From NCBI GenBank assembly GCA_964521685.1, contig CAZFTS010000004.1:6516-70515 (forward strand): a DNA stretch of 64,000 bases, read 5' to 3'. The stretch comes from an uncultured Muribaculaceae bacterium. GTDB taxonomy: Bacteria > Bacteroidota > Bacteroidia > Bacteroidales > UBA932. The notes beneath the pieces were generated by a model. That model was given only the letters and a program-made list of their open reading frames with translations, made no database searches and was not told the origin of the DNA. Below, piece by piece: positions 31,217-39,858 of this stretch. Every line of letters begins with the position of its first letter. Position 1 is the first letter of the stretch. The position numbers were made by a program, and so were the translations under genes.

Positions 31217-32725
31217 CTAAAGTTCCTCACTTTTATAGAAATAACCTATGGGATCTCCTATCTTAAATGTAAGAGATTCGATTGGAGTATTCACACCGGG
31301 GAAAAACTCAACTTCAATTGATCCTGCACCATCTACATTTATAGAAAATGTATCACCTTTTTTATGACGCATCTCCGATTTTACAGATTTAAGGGAGAAA
31401 AAGAGTTTCCCCTCTTTTTGTGTAATTAACACATCTCCGAAATCCTCTTTGTGGTATGTTCCGGTATAGAGTTCCCCTCTTTTTGGAGGGAGGGTATCCT
31501 TTGTCTCCCGCTTCGGAGTGGTTGGAGATGGTTTCATAAATTGCGAAAGATAGTGTTGCCTCCAGTCTCTCTCATCGGTTCCTCTGTACATATCAATCAG
31601 CTCCCTTGCTATGGCCAGATGTGGATTTGTGGTATTCCCGGCATTTGTCAGAATTGCAAATCCCATCTTTAACTCAGGGACAAAACCAACAAGGGCAGTA
31701 TAACCATATGCAAGTCCGGTGTGGCGGATAAGCCTTCCGGCGACTCCCTGCTCTATTGTCCAACCCTGAGCATAATTGCTTAAAGAGGTTGAATCCCATG
31801 CCGATATTGTTTGAGGTACAAAAAGATATCTGTGATTCTCTTTTGAGATTATTGTTTTACCGTTAAAGACTCCGCCATTGAGATGCATCTTAAGCCAGTT
31901 ACCCATATCTCTGGCAGTTGACATAACAAATCCTGCCGGAGCTACTGCCGAAAGCCATCTGAATCCATTAAGAGTGTCTGTTCTGAGCGAGAATTTAATG
32001 GAATCCCCATCTTTGTAATGTCTGTGGCCGGCTGCGAGTTTTGCAGATGTTTTAAATGCCTTGCCTCCTGTGGTGGTTGAGTTCATCTCAAGTGGTTTAA
32101 AAAGCCTCTCCTTTATGGCATCGTCCCAGCTCATCCCGGTATATTTTTCGATAATTTTAGCGCTTACGGTGTACATAGCGTTATTGTAGGCATAAGTCGT
32201 TCTGAAACTGTAGGTAGGTTTAATATGGCGGAGCAGCCTGTATATCTCATCCCGGCTGTAACCAAAGTGCGGCAGATCGTCGGCGGCATATGCATTGAAG
32301 CCGGTCTTGTGAACCATTATATCCTTCACCAGAAAATTTTTGGTAACCCAGGGATCATACAGCATAAAATCGGGAAGGTGGTTAACCACGGTATCACTCC
32401 ACTTTACCTTGCCCTCGTCAATAACGGAAGCAAGGAGTGCTGCTGTAAAAGCTTTTGAAGTAGAAGCAATTACAAATTGTGTATCGGGTGTTATATTTTC
32501 ACCTTTTGAGGTGTAGTCGCTCTTTCCGTAGCCGTTCAGAAATGCCACCTCGCCATCTTTAACGACAACTATGGACATACCCGGCAGATTCCACTCCCTG
32601 AATACTTCTTTGCATAGTTTATCAACCATCTCCGGGGTAACCCTCTGTTGACCGGTTCCCTGCACCGAGATTAGAAGAGCAAGCAAAAGGGATGATACTC
32701 TTAAAAAGCATTTAATACTTTTCAT
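31217..32725 (-). CDS. Exported serine hydrolase, beta-lactamase/PBP fold, with a C-terminal accessory domain
   Basis: Signal peptide, STSK (SxxK), YNN and HTG motifs. Confidence 0.87.
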   Translation of the reverse strand: MKSIKCFLRVSSLLLALLISVQGTGQQRVTPEMVDKLCKEVFREWNLPGMSIVVVKDGEVAFLNGYGKSDYTSKGENITPDTQFVIASTSKAFTAALLASVIDEGKVKWSDTVVNHLPDFMLYDPWVTKNFLVKDIMVHKTGFNAYAADDLPHFGYSRDEIYRLLRHIKPTYSFRTTYAYNNAMYTVSAKIIEKYTGMSWDDAIKERLFKPLEMNSTTTGGKAFKTSAKLAAGHRHYKDGDSIKFSLRTDTLNGFRWLSAVAPAGFVMSTARDMGNWLKMHLNGGVFNGKTIISKENHRYLFVPQTISAWDSTSLSNYAQGWTIEQGVAGRLIRHTGLAYGYTALVGFVPELKMGFAILTNAGNTTNPHLAIARELIDMYRGTDERDWRQHYLSQFMKPSPTTPKRETKDTLPPKRGELYTGTYHKEDFGDVLITQKEGKLFFSLKSVKSEMRHKKGDTFSINVDGAGSIEVEFFPGVNTPIESLTFKIGDPIGYFYKSEEL

Positions 32726-32727
32726 AA

Positions 32728-33381
32728 TTATGATTTTTTATTGTTAAAATGGACCATTTCGGTTGCCAGCCCCTCAATCTCCTCTTTGTTGTGAGTTACA
32801 TGGATAATTGTCCTGCCACTCTCTTTAATAATCTTTAGCAGCTCTGAAGCATCTGCCCTAAGCTCGTGATCAAGAGCTGAGAGGGGTTCATCGAGTAAAA
32901 GTAATTCCGGATCACCGGCAATTGCCCTGGCAAGTGCAACTCTCTGCTTCTCCCCGCCGGACAATCCCTCCGGCACTCTGTGAAGCAGGTGCTTTATTGA
33001 TAAAAGGGCAGATAGTTCTGCTATTTTCACGGCTCTGTTGTCTGAGGATATCCCCTTCATCCTGAGCGGAAAAGCAATGTTTTCAAAAACTGTCATATGA
33101 GGGAAAAGGGCATAATCCTGGAAGAGCAAAGCTACCGGTCTTCTCCTTGCCGGTAAAGATGTATAGTCTGTTCCATTGATTATTACCGACCCCTTATCTG
33201 CCCTTCTGATTCCTGACAGGAGCTCCATAAACAGAGATTTACCCGATCCGGAAGGTCCGAAAAGTGCAAGATAACCACCCCTATCCAGCGTAATATCCAC
33301 CGGACCCAAGGTGAACTCTCCAATTGAGTAGACAAGATTCTTCACCACTAAAAACTTGCTGTCTTCAAACTTTTCCTCCAT
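32728..33381 (-). CDS. ABC ATPase, WtpC/ModC-like oxyanion transporter
   Basis: GPSGSGKS, FQDYALFPHM, LSGGEKQR and LLDEP; directly downstream of the permease; no C-terminal regulatory domain. Confidence 0.85.
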   Translation of the reverse strand: MEEKFEDSKFLVVKNLVYSIGEFTLGPVDITLDRGGYLALFGPSGSGKSLFMELLSGIRRADKGSVIINGTDYTSLPARRRPVALLFQDYALFPHMTVFENIAFPLRMKGISSDNRAVKIAELSALLSIKHLLHRVPEGLSGGEKQRVALARAIAGDPELLLLDEPLSALDHELRADASELLKIIKESGRTIIHVTHNKEEIEGLATEMVHFNNKKS

Positions 33382-33382
33382 C

Positions 33383-34165
33383 CTATCTTTTTTTTGAATA
33401 CAATCTCAAAACTATAAAAACGATAAGGGTTATTGTTACAAATATTGCTGCTACCGGTCTGGCATAGTCCAGCCCGAATGAGTTAAAACGGTCAAAAATC
33501 ATTACAGGGGTGGTCATAGGGTGGTAAGCTACAATCACGACTGCTCCAAATTCACTCATCCCCCTTGCAAACATCAGTACCAGACCTGTTACTATAGAGC
33601 GACAGGCTAATGGAAGCGAGATCTCCCGGAATACTGTAACCGGTTTTGCACCAAGAGTCTCAGCAGCTTTTTCAAGCCTCTCGGGGACAGCCGCAAATCC
33701 ATCCCGGGCCGAATTTATGAGAAAAGGAATGCTGACAAAGGCCATTGCCAGCCCTATTGCAAATGGAGATCCAACAAGTGTTAACCCTGCAGAAGAGGCC
33801 ATTGACCCCAGAAGCGAATCCCTGGAGATAAAACCTAAAATGGCAATCCCGGCAGCAGAATGGGGGATAACGACGGGAATATCAATGATTGCCTCAACCA
33901 CCCTCTTTAATGGAAACTGCTTTCGGGCAAGAACATATGCAAGCGGAAGAGCAAAAATGGCAGCAACCATCGTAGCAACTGCAGATATTAGTAAAGTTCT
34001 TATTATACTTGCACTTACAAGTGGATCTCTGATCGTTTCAAAAAGCTCAGGGGATTTGACCGAGAGAAACATTCCGGTCAGAGGGGCAATAATAAAGAGC
34101 AGAACCAGGGCAGCCAGGATTATGAACACAATCCGGAAGGTATTATATGATCCATGTTCTCTCAT
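33383..34165 (-). CDS. ABC permease, WtpB/ModB-like tungstate/molybdate transporter
   Basis: IDIPVVIPHSAAGIA, LEKAAETLGA (EAA motif) and ARGMSEFGAVVIVAYHP. ATG at 34165 preferred. Confidence 0.82.
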   Translation of the reverse strand: MREHGSYNTFRIVFIILAALVLLFIIAPLTGMFLSVKSPELFETIRDPLVSASIIRTLLISAVATMVAAIFALPLAYVLARKQFPLKRVVEAIIDIPVVIPHSAAGIAILGFISRDSLLGSMASSAGLTLVGSPFAIGLAMAFVSIPFLINSARDGFAAVPERLEKAAETLGAKPVTVFREISLPLACRSIVTGLVLMFARGMSEFGAVVIVAYHPMTTPVMIFDRFNSFGLDYARPVAAIFVTITLIVFIVLRLYSKKR

Positions 34166-34170
34166 CAAAG

Positions 34171-34197
34171 CAAAGATAGACAATTTTTATATCTTTG
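34171..34197. promoter_or_regulatory. Divergent -7 boxes (permease / metalloprotease)
   Basis: TATCTTTG on - (34171-34178) and TATCTTTG on + (34190-34197). Confidence 0.65.
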
Positions 34198-34227
34198 TTT
34201 TCAGTAACATATAAACCAGCCACTTTT

Positions 34228-36744
34228 ATGATTAAATTTAAAAAGTTAACCGTGCTGGTAATCACACTGTTTTTGATATCTTCAGTCACAGTTTCGGTTG
34301 CCCAGCCAAACCGCACCAGGGTTGCTCCTCCGCAGGAAAATCCCAAAGAGTCTCAGGACACAGTAAAAAAAGCACCTGAAAAGGGAATTCCTATTATTGA
34401 AAAATTTATTAAACCGGGAACAACCTCTATGAAGGGGCTTACGACAGTCTATTCACAGGAGGGACGCTTCTTTATTAACATCAACGACTCTCTTTTCGGG
34501 AGAGACATCATCATGGTTACAAGAATTTCAAAGGCAGCAGCCGGAATCAGATCGGATTTCGACGGATATGCCGGTGACCAGGTAAACTCAGCTATGTTCA
34601 GATTTGAAAAGGGTCCGAACAATAAAATCTTTTTGAGAAAGACTCTTAACAGAGAGCGCTCCAAGGATAGTACCCAGGCGATGTATGCAGCACTTGAGAG
34701 GTCAAATCTTGCAGCAATAACCGCATCATTCGAAATTAAGGCGCAATCTCCGGACAAGAAGGATAATATTATTGACGTAACAGACTTCTTTAACAGCGAT
34801 TCTGAGTCTCTCTTTTTCAGAAAAAGGACCAAAACTAATTTCAGACTTGGTGCACCCGTAAAAGAGAGTACCTACATAGCATCAATAACAACATATCCAA
34901 TAAATACCGAGGTTAAGACTCAAAAGACCTATATGCTTGCAGATGGAGGTGAGACCGCCACTTATGAGCTAAACAACTCGTTTGTTCTTTTACCTGAGGT
35001 GCCTATGGTTTCCCGTTATGCCCATGAGAGAGTAGGTTATTTCACAACAGGTTATACCGATTTCGATCAGAATCCTCAGGGAATTAAGAAAATTCAGATG
35101 ATCACCCGCTGGAGACTTGAACCAAAACCGGGTGATATTGAAAAATATAAAAAAGGGGAACTGGTAGAACCAGTAAAACCGATAGTTTTCTACATAGACC
35201 CTGCAACTCCAAAAGAGTGGGTGCCATACCTTATACAGGGTGTGAATGACTGGCAGAAGGTCTTTGAAAAGGCTGGCTTCAAAAATGCAATTTACGCACT
35301 TGAAGCTCCTACCAAAGAACAAAATCCGGAATGGTCGCTTGAAGATGCAAGGTTTTCGGCAATTGTTTACAAACCATCTGATATTCCAAATGCCAGCGGC
35401 CCTCATGTAAATGACCCTAGGTCGGGAGAGATTATAGAGAGCCATATCAACTGGTATCATAATGTTATGTCTCTGTTAAGAAACTGGTATATGATTCAGT
35501 GCGGACCCGTTGATCCTGCTGCCAGAAAGATGATGTTTGACAAAGAGTTGATGGGACAGCTAATAAGATTTGTCTCTTCACACGAAGTTGGACACACACT
35601 TGGGTTAAGACATAATTTCGGAGGAACTGCCTTTTATACAGTTGATCAGCTGAGAGATAAAGAGTTTCTGAAAGAGAACGGCCACACCACCTCGATTATG
35701 GACTACTCCCGATTCAACTATGTTGCACAACCGGAAGATAGCATTCCGAGAGAGCTGCTATTCCCAAGATTGGGACATTATGATGATTGGGCTATTGAGT
35801 GGGGTTACCGTCGTTTCCCGGATATCAACTGTCCTGTAAAGGAGTTGCCGAAAATTAACAGGTGGATTATTGAAAAAACAAACGATGACAGATATTGGTT
35901 TGGTACTGAGAGCAGTGCAAACGATCCAAGACTTCAGGCCGAGGATCTTGGCAGTAATCAGATGGAAGCCAATGAACTGGGTATAAAAAACCTGAAAATC
36001 GTTATGGCCGGCCTTGGTGAGTGGACTAAGGAGCCGAATGAAGATTACGAGAATCTGAGGACAATGCATTCAGAGGTAAATAATCAGTTCAGAAGATATA
36101 TAGGACATGTGGCAAAGTGGATTGGAGGTATTTATCTGGATCCGAAAACCGTTGAGATGGATGGTGATGTTAACATTCCTGTTGAGAGGGAAAAACAGAT
36201 TGAAGCTATGGACTTCCTCAACAGAAATCTGTTTGTAAACACCCCTTTGTGGATTGTACCCCAGGAGTATATGAACAAATTCCCAAGCAGGAACGAGCTA
36301 TTTTTTGAGAGAGCCTATTCAACTGCATTAAGTTCGATCCTTAGCCGCCGCGTATTGATGAATCTTGTATCTGCCGAGGCAGCAATGGGTAAAAATGCTT
36401 ACACCGTTGAAGAGATGTTCAAATCCCTGAACGATGTTATAATGCCGAATCTTGGAAGTTCAAGGGCGGTGGATAATTATAAGAGGGTGCTTCAGAAGGT
36501 CTATGTAACAACTCTCTGTGATGTATTTACAGGAGCTGCGACTGCAGAGAGAATGGGGCCGGTCATAAAGCCAACTTCAAATCCTAAGGATATGACGGAG
36601 TGTTCGGCTATAACCTACAAACAACTTAACTGGCTCTATAACATGCTGAACAAAACTTACTCAAGAGACTTTCTCACATCGGCGCACAATAAGTATCTTA
36701 CTCGTTATATCGAGAAGACACTCAATTCCAATCCTGCAGAGTAG
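34228..36744 (+). CDS. Exported zinc-dependent metalloprotease (metzincin, EcxA-like Bacteroidota family)
   Basis: Signal peptide, HEVGHTLGLRHNF, Met-turn SIMDY and DPRSGEII. Confidence 0.9.
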   Translation: MIKFKKLTVLVITLFLISSVTVSVAQPNRTRVAPPQENPKESQDTVKKAPEKGIPIIEKFIKPGTTSMKGLTTVYSQEGRFFININDSLFGRDIIMVTRISKAAAGIRSDFDGYAGDQVNSAMFRFEKGPNNKIFLRKTLNRERSKDSTQAMYAALERSNLAAITASFEIKAQSPDKKDNIIDVTDFFNSDSESLFFRKRTKTNFRLGAPVKESTYIASITTYPINTEVKTQKTYMLADGGETATYELNNSFVLLPEVPMVSRYAHERVGYFTTGYTDFDQNPQGIKKIQMITRWRLEPKPGDIEKYKKGELVEPVKPIVFYIDPATPKEWVPYLIQGVNDWQKVFEKAGFKNAIYALEAPTKEQNPEWSLEDARFSAIVYKPSDIPNASGPHVNDPRSGEIIESHINWYHNVMSLLRNWYMIQCGPVDPAARKMMFDKELMGQLIRFVSSHEVGHTLGLRHNFGGTAFYTVDQLRDKEFLKENGHTTSIMDYSRFNYVAQPEDSIPRELLFPRLGHYDDWAIEWGYRRFPDINCPVKELPKINRWIIEKTNDDRYWFGTESSANDPRLQAEDLGSNQMEANELGIKNLKIVMAGLGEWTKEPNEDYENLRTMHSEVNNQFRRYIGHVAKWIGGIYLDPKTVEMDGDVNIPVEREKQIEAMDFLNRNLFVNTPLWIVPQEYMNKFPSRNELFFERAYSTALSSILSRRVLMNLVSAEAAMGKNAYTVEEMFKSLNDVIMPNLGSSRAVDNYKRVLQKVYVTTLCDVFTGAATAERMGPVIKPTSNPKDMTECSAITYKQLNWLYNMLNKTYSRDFLTSAHNKYLTRYIEKTLNSNPAE

Positions 36745-36760
36745 TTTTTAAGGGGAAATT

Positions 36761-36804
36761 AAAAGATGGGGCCGGTACTTTCAATGGGTATCGAGCCCCA
36801 TTTT
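36761..36804. terminator. Hairpin between convergent genes, probably a bidirectional terminator overlapping the MOSC-MogA stop codon
   Basis: aaaagATGGGGCcggtac...gtatcgaGCCCCATtttc. Confidence 0.5.
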
Positions 36805-37713
36805 CATGTAAAAGAGGTGCTCCATCAATGGAGTTATCTCATTCATATACTCTCTGACCGCCTTTACACTACCCGGGAGGGTGAAGATAAATGTCTCTCC
36901 CATAACACCGGCTACCCCTCTGCTTAAAAGCGCCGCCGGCATATTTGTCCCATATTTGACCCTGATATACTCCATTATGCCCGGAATCTCATAATCAATC
37001 AGAGTTTTTACAACCTCCGGAGTGATATCCGACGGCCCCACTCCGGTACCGCCGGTGGTGAATATGAAGTTGTAACTCTCCCCGGTAAACTCCTCTATAA
37101 GCTCTTTAAGAAGCTGGGCATTATCAGGTATAAGTCTGTAAATATTAACACACTCCCGACAGTTCTCAGAGCTGTAATTGGTGAGCAGATTCAGAATCTC
37201 AGGACCGCTTTTATCGGGATATTCGCCTGCAGATGCTCTGGTGCTGAGTGTTATAACGGCTATTTTGAATTTGTATGGTAAATAGCGTAGTGTATCTCCT
37301 TCGGAGATTTCACCGGTAGTTACAACCTTTGCAAAAACTCCCTCTTTGGGCATCACGCATGCTCCAGTCTCCCTATAGATTGCACAACCTCCGCCGTGAC
37401 ACTTTTTACCGATTTGGGTAATCATCAGTTTTACACCGTTACCTTCAATTGTATCCCCGGGGCGGCACTCATTCATCTTCATTCCGGAAACGGTGAGGTT
37501 TTCGGCAAACTCTCCGGGCAGATACTCTCTGCCGTTTGTTAAGGCAAACTCATCGATACTCTCTTTGGAAAGAAGACTTATCTGCCTGTGCCAATCTCCC
37601 GAATGGGCATCATTTACAATACCGTCCCGCCTCACTTTCACACTCTTGCAGGGCCTTTTTACGGTTCCTTTTTCTTCGGATATATTTACAGATATTACCT
37701 TTAACTCTTTCAT
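36781..37713 (-). CDS. MOSC domain fused to a MogA/MoaB-like molybdopterin adenylyltransferase
   Basis: N-terminal HRQISLL, PGEFAENL, QIGKKCH..CAI..C.MPKEG; C-terminal TTGGTGVGPSDITPE and LPGS. Confidence 0.88.
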   Translation of the reverse strand: MKELKVISVNISEEKGTVKRPCKSVKVRRDGIVNDAHSGDWHRQISLLSKESIDEFALTNGREYLPGEFAENLTVSGMKMNECRPGDTIEGNGVKLMITQIGKKCHGGGCAIYRETGACVMPKEGVFAKVVTTGEISEGDTLRYLPYKFKIAVITLSTRASAGEYPDKSGPEILNLLTNYSSENCRECVNIYRLIPDNAQLLKELIEEFTGESYNFIFTTGGTGVGPSDITPEVVKTLIDYEIPGIMEYIRVKYGTNMPAALLSRGVAGVMGETFIFTLPGSVKAVREYMNEITPLMEHLFYMKMGLDTH

Positions 37714-37717
37714 CTGA

Positions 37718-38194
37718 TCATTTTGATTTAATACTCTTTTTCTCTTTGGAGATTAACCTTACATTGGTTATTACCATTTGCTTATCTACAGCTTTGCACA
37801 TGTCGTAAATGGTTAGCAATGATCCGTTTACTGCACTGAGAGCCTCCATTTCGGCCCCTGTATTTCCGTCACAGGAGATGAAACTTTCAACTATGATGCC
37901 ATTATCAACAATTGTGAATGAGATGTCGGCAACATTGATAATGAGAGGATGACACAAAGGGATGGATTCGGAACACCTTTTAGCGGCCATAATTCCCGCC
38001 ACCTTTGCAATTGTGAGTACTGACCCCTTTTCGATATTATTTCCGGCAATAAGTTTTATTGTATTATTATCCAGGGTAATTTTTCCCGATGCGCGGGCCT
38101 CTCTCCTTTGTATCGGTTTACCACCGACATCAACCATCTTTACCTCACCTTTTGAGTCAAGATGTGTAAAACAGGATTCTTTGTTTTGTTTCAT
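37718..38194 (-). CDS. moaC: Cyclic pyranopterin monophosphate synthase
   Basis: THLD..G.VKMVDVG, IPLCHP, TGAEMEAL and TIYDMCKAVD. Confidence 0.95.
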   Translation of the reverse strand: MKQNKESCFTHLDSKGEVKMVDVGGKPIQRREARASGKITLDNNTIKLIAGNNIEKGSVLTIAKVAGIMAAKRCSESIPLCHPLIINVADISFTIVDNGIIVESFISCDGNTGAEMEALSAVNGSLLTIYDMCKAVDKQMVITNVRLISKEKKSIKSK

Positions 38195-38209
38195 GATCAG
38201 AGGTTTTAG

Positions 38210-39010
38210 TTATCCACCTATGTTATAAAATTGGCCGGAGTTGTTGTGACCCCCCTTTTCGGGTTTTCTGTTTACAGCCATCTCTATCGCTTTTCGTGCT
38301 CCGAATTTTGTTGTGTCTATCTCTATGTTGCTGAACAGGCAGGGCTTTAACATTCCGGTAGAGGTAAGTCTCAATCTGTTGCATTTGGTACAATCTCCTC
38401 CCGACCCTCCTGAAACGATCCCGAATTCACCCCTCTCAAGATCCATTTTTGGAATGAATCTCACCTCACATCCTCTCTCCAGGGCATAACGTGCAACATC
38501 TCCCGCATCAGGTTCATTTATACTTTTATCAACCACACAGTTTATCTTTACCGGATTTAACCCTGCTTTTTGAGCAGCCTCAATACCTCTGAATACCTGA
38601 TTAACATCACCTCCTCTGGTTATCTCCCTGTAATGAAGAGGGTTGGTAGCATCAAGACTGATGTTTACCCGCATTAATCCAGCTTTTTTCAGATCATGGG
38701 CAAACTGAGATAGAAGTGTGCCGTTTGTGGTCATTGAGAGGTCTTTAACTCCTTCAATCGAGGAGAGCATTGAGATTAAGTCCGTAATTCCTTTTCTTAC
38801 CAGCGGTTCCCCGCCCGTAATTCTGATCTTATCTATACCCATTGAGACCGCCTCTTTTGTAAACTCCACAATCCGGGAAAATGAGAGAATCTCCGAATGG
38901 TCTACCAGCTTTACACCATCTTCCGGCATACAGTATGTGCATCTGAGGTTACATCTGTCAGTTACGGATATCCTCAGATAATTTATTATGCGCCCATTAC
39001 AATCAACCAT
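38210..39010 (-). CDS. moaA: GTP 3',8-cyclase (radical SAM), short form
   Basis: YLRISVTDRCNLRCTYC, TGGEP, CxxCNRLRL..KPCL and terminal IGG. Confidence 0.92.
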   Translation of the reverse strand: MVDCNGRIINYLRISVTDRCNLRCTYCMPEDGVKLVDHSEILSFSRIVEFTKEAVSMGIDKIRITGGEPLVRKGITDLISMLSSIEGVKDLSMTTNGTLLSQFAHDLKKAGLMRVNISLDATNPLHYREITRGGDVNQVFRGIEAAQKAGLNPVKINCVVDKSINEPDAGDVARYALERGCEVRFIPKMDLERGEFGIVSGGSGGDCTKCNRLRLTSTGMLKPCLFSNIEIDTTKFGARKAIEMAVNRKPEKGGHNNSGQFYNIGG

Positions 39011-39548
39011 TGTTAACTCCCCTCATCTTTTTTACAATATCCCACAGCACTACTCCCACAGATACCGAGACATTAAGCGAGTGTTTTGTCCCGTACTGAG
39101 GAATCTCAATTGTACCATCACCGAGATCGATAACCTCCTGCATAACACCCTTTACCTCGTTGCCGAAAACCAGTGCATACTTTTCGCCCCTTACAGGAGA
39201 GAAGTTTTCAAGTGAGGTGGAGTTCTCGGTTTGCTCAACCGACCAGACTCTGTAACCATCTTTTTTAAGAGCTGTTACAGCATCGGTACTCTTTTCGAAA
39301 TAGACCCATTCAACACTCTCCTCGGCCCCAAGGGCTGCCTTTCTGATTTCGGCAGAGGGGGGTATGGCACAGATTCCGCACAGAACCACCTTTTCAATTG
39401 CAAATGCATCGGCAGTCCTGAAAGATGCCCCGATATTATGCTGGCTCCTTATGTTATCCAAAACAATTACCAAAGAGGTTTTTTCTGCATCGCGAAACTC
39501 TTCCGCCGAGCTTCTGTTAAGCTCGCAATTGTCCAATTTCCTGTACAA
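39003..39548 (-). CDS. SpoU/TrmH family RNA methyltransferase
   Basis: LDNIRSQHNIGA.FRTAD, FGNEVKG and IPQYGTKHSLNVSV. Confidence 0.9.
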   Translation of the reverse strand: MYRKLDNCELNRSSAEEFRDAEKTSLVIVLDNIRSQHNIGASFRTADAFAIEKVVLCGICAIPPSAEIRKAALGAEESVEWVYFEKSTDAVTALKKDGYRVWSVEQTENSTSLENFSPVRGEKYALVFGNEVKGVMQEVIDLGDGTIEIPQYGTKHSLNVSVSVGVVLWDIVKKMRGVNNG

Positions 39549-39566
39549 AATCTTATATTAATTTAT

Positions 39567-39582
39567 TATATTTGCAAATATA
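39567..39582. promoter_or_regulatory. Perfect 16-bp palindrome made of two abutting -7 boxes (bidirectional promoter)
   Basis: TATATTTGCAAATATA reads TATATTTG on both strands, between divergent genes. Confidence 0.7.
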
Positions 39583-39614
39583 GGGAATAAACAACTCATC
39601 TAAAACTGAAAAAT

Positions 39615-39785
39615 ATGGAAGCAAAAGTTTCAATCAAGCTTATCCAGAATGGACCTGCCAAAGTTGAGGGACCTGTTACAGTAATTCATCCGGATGGCAG
39701 AGAGGAGCAGAAGAGCAGCTGCTATATATGCCGTTGCGGGAAATCCCAGAATAAACCATGGTGTGATGGCTCACACGCAAAATAG
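39615..39785 (+). CDS. CDGSH iron-sulfur domain protein, 56 aa (not in the ORF track)
   Basis: MEAKVSIKLIQNGPAKVEGPVTVIHPDGREEQKSSCYICRCGKSQNKPWCDGSHAK, containing the full CxC..S..P.CDGSH motif. Confidence 0.92.
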   Translation: MEAKVSIKLIQNGPAKVEGPVTVIHPDGREEQKSSCYICRCGKSQNKPWCDGSHAK

Positions 39786-39858
39786 TATTAAAAAATTCAA
39801 TCTGTTGTTAAACTTTTTTCATTTATTGTTGTCAAAGGTTGGATAAATATGACCATAA

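Noticed and set aside
36781..36783. TGA stop of MOSC-MogA inside a hairpin loop (possible recoding)
   Set aside because: The MogA domain is complete, readthrough adds only about 9 residues, and the stem encloses the TGA rather than following it. It is better explained as a terminator.
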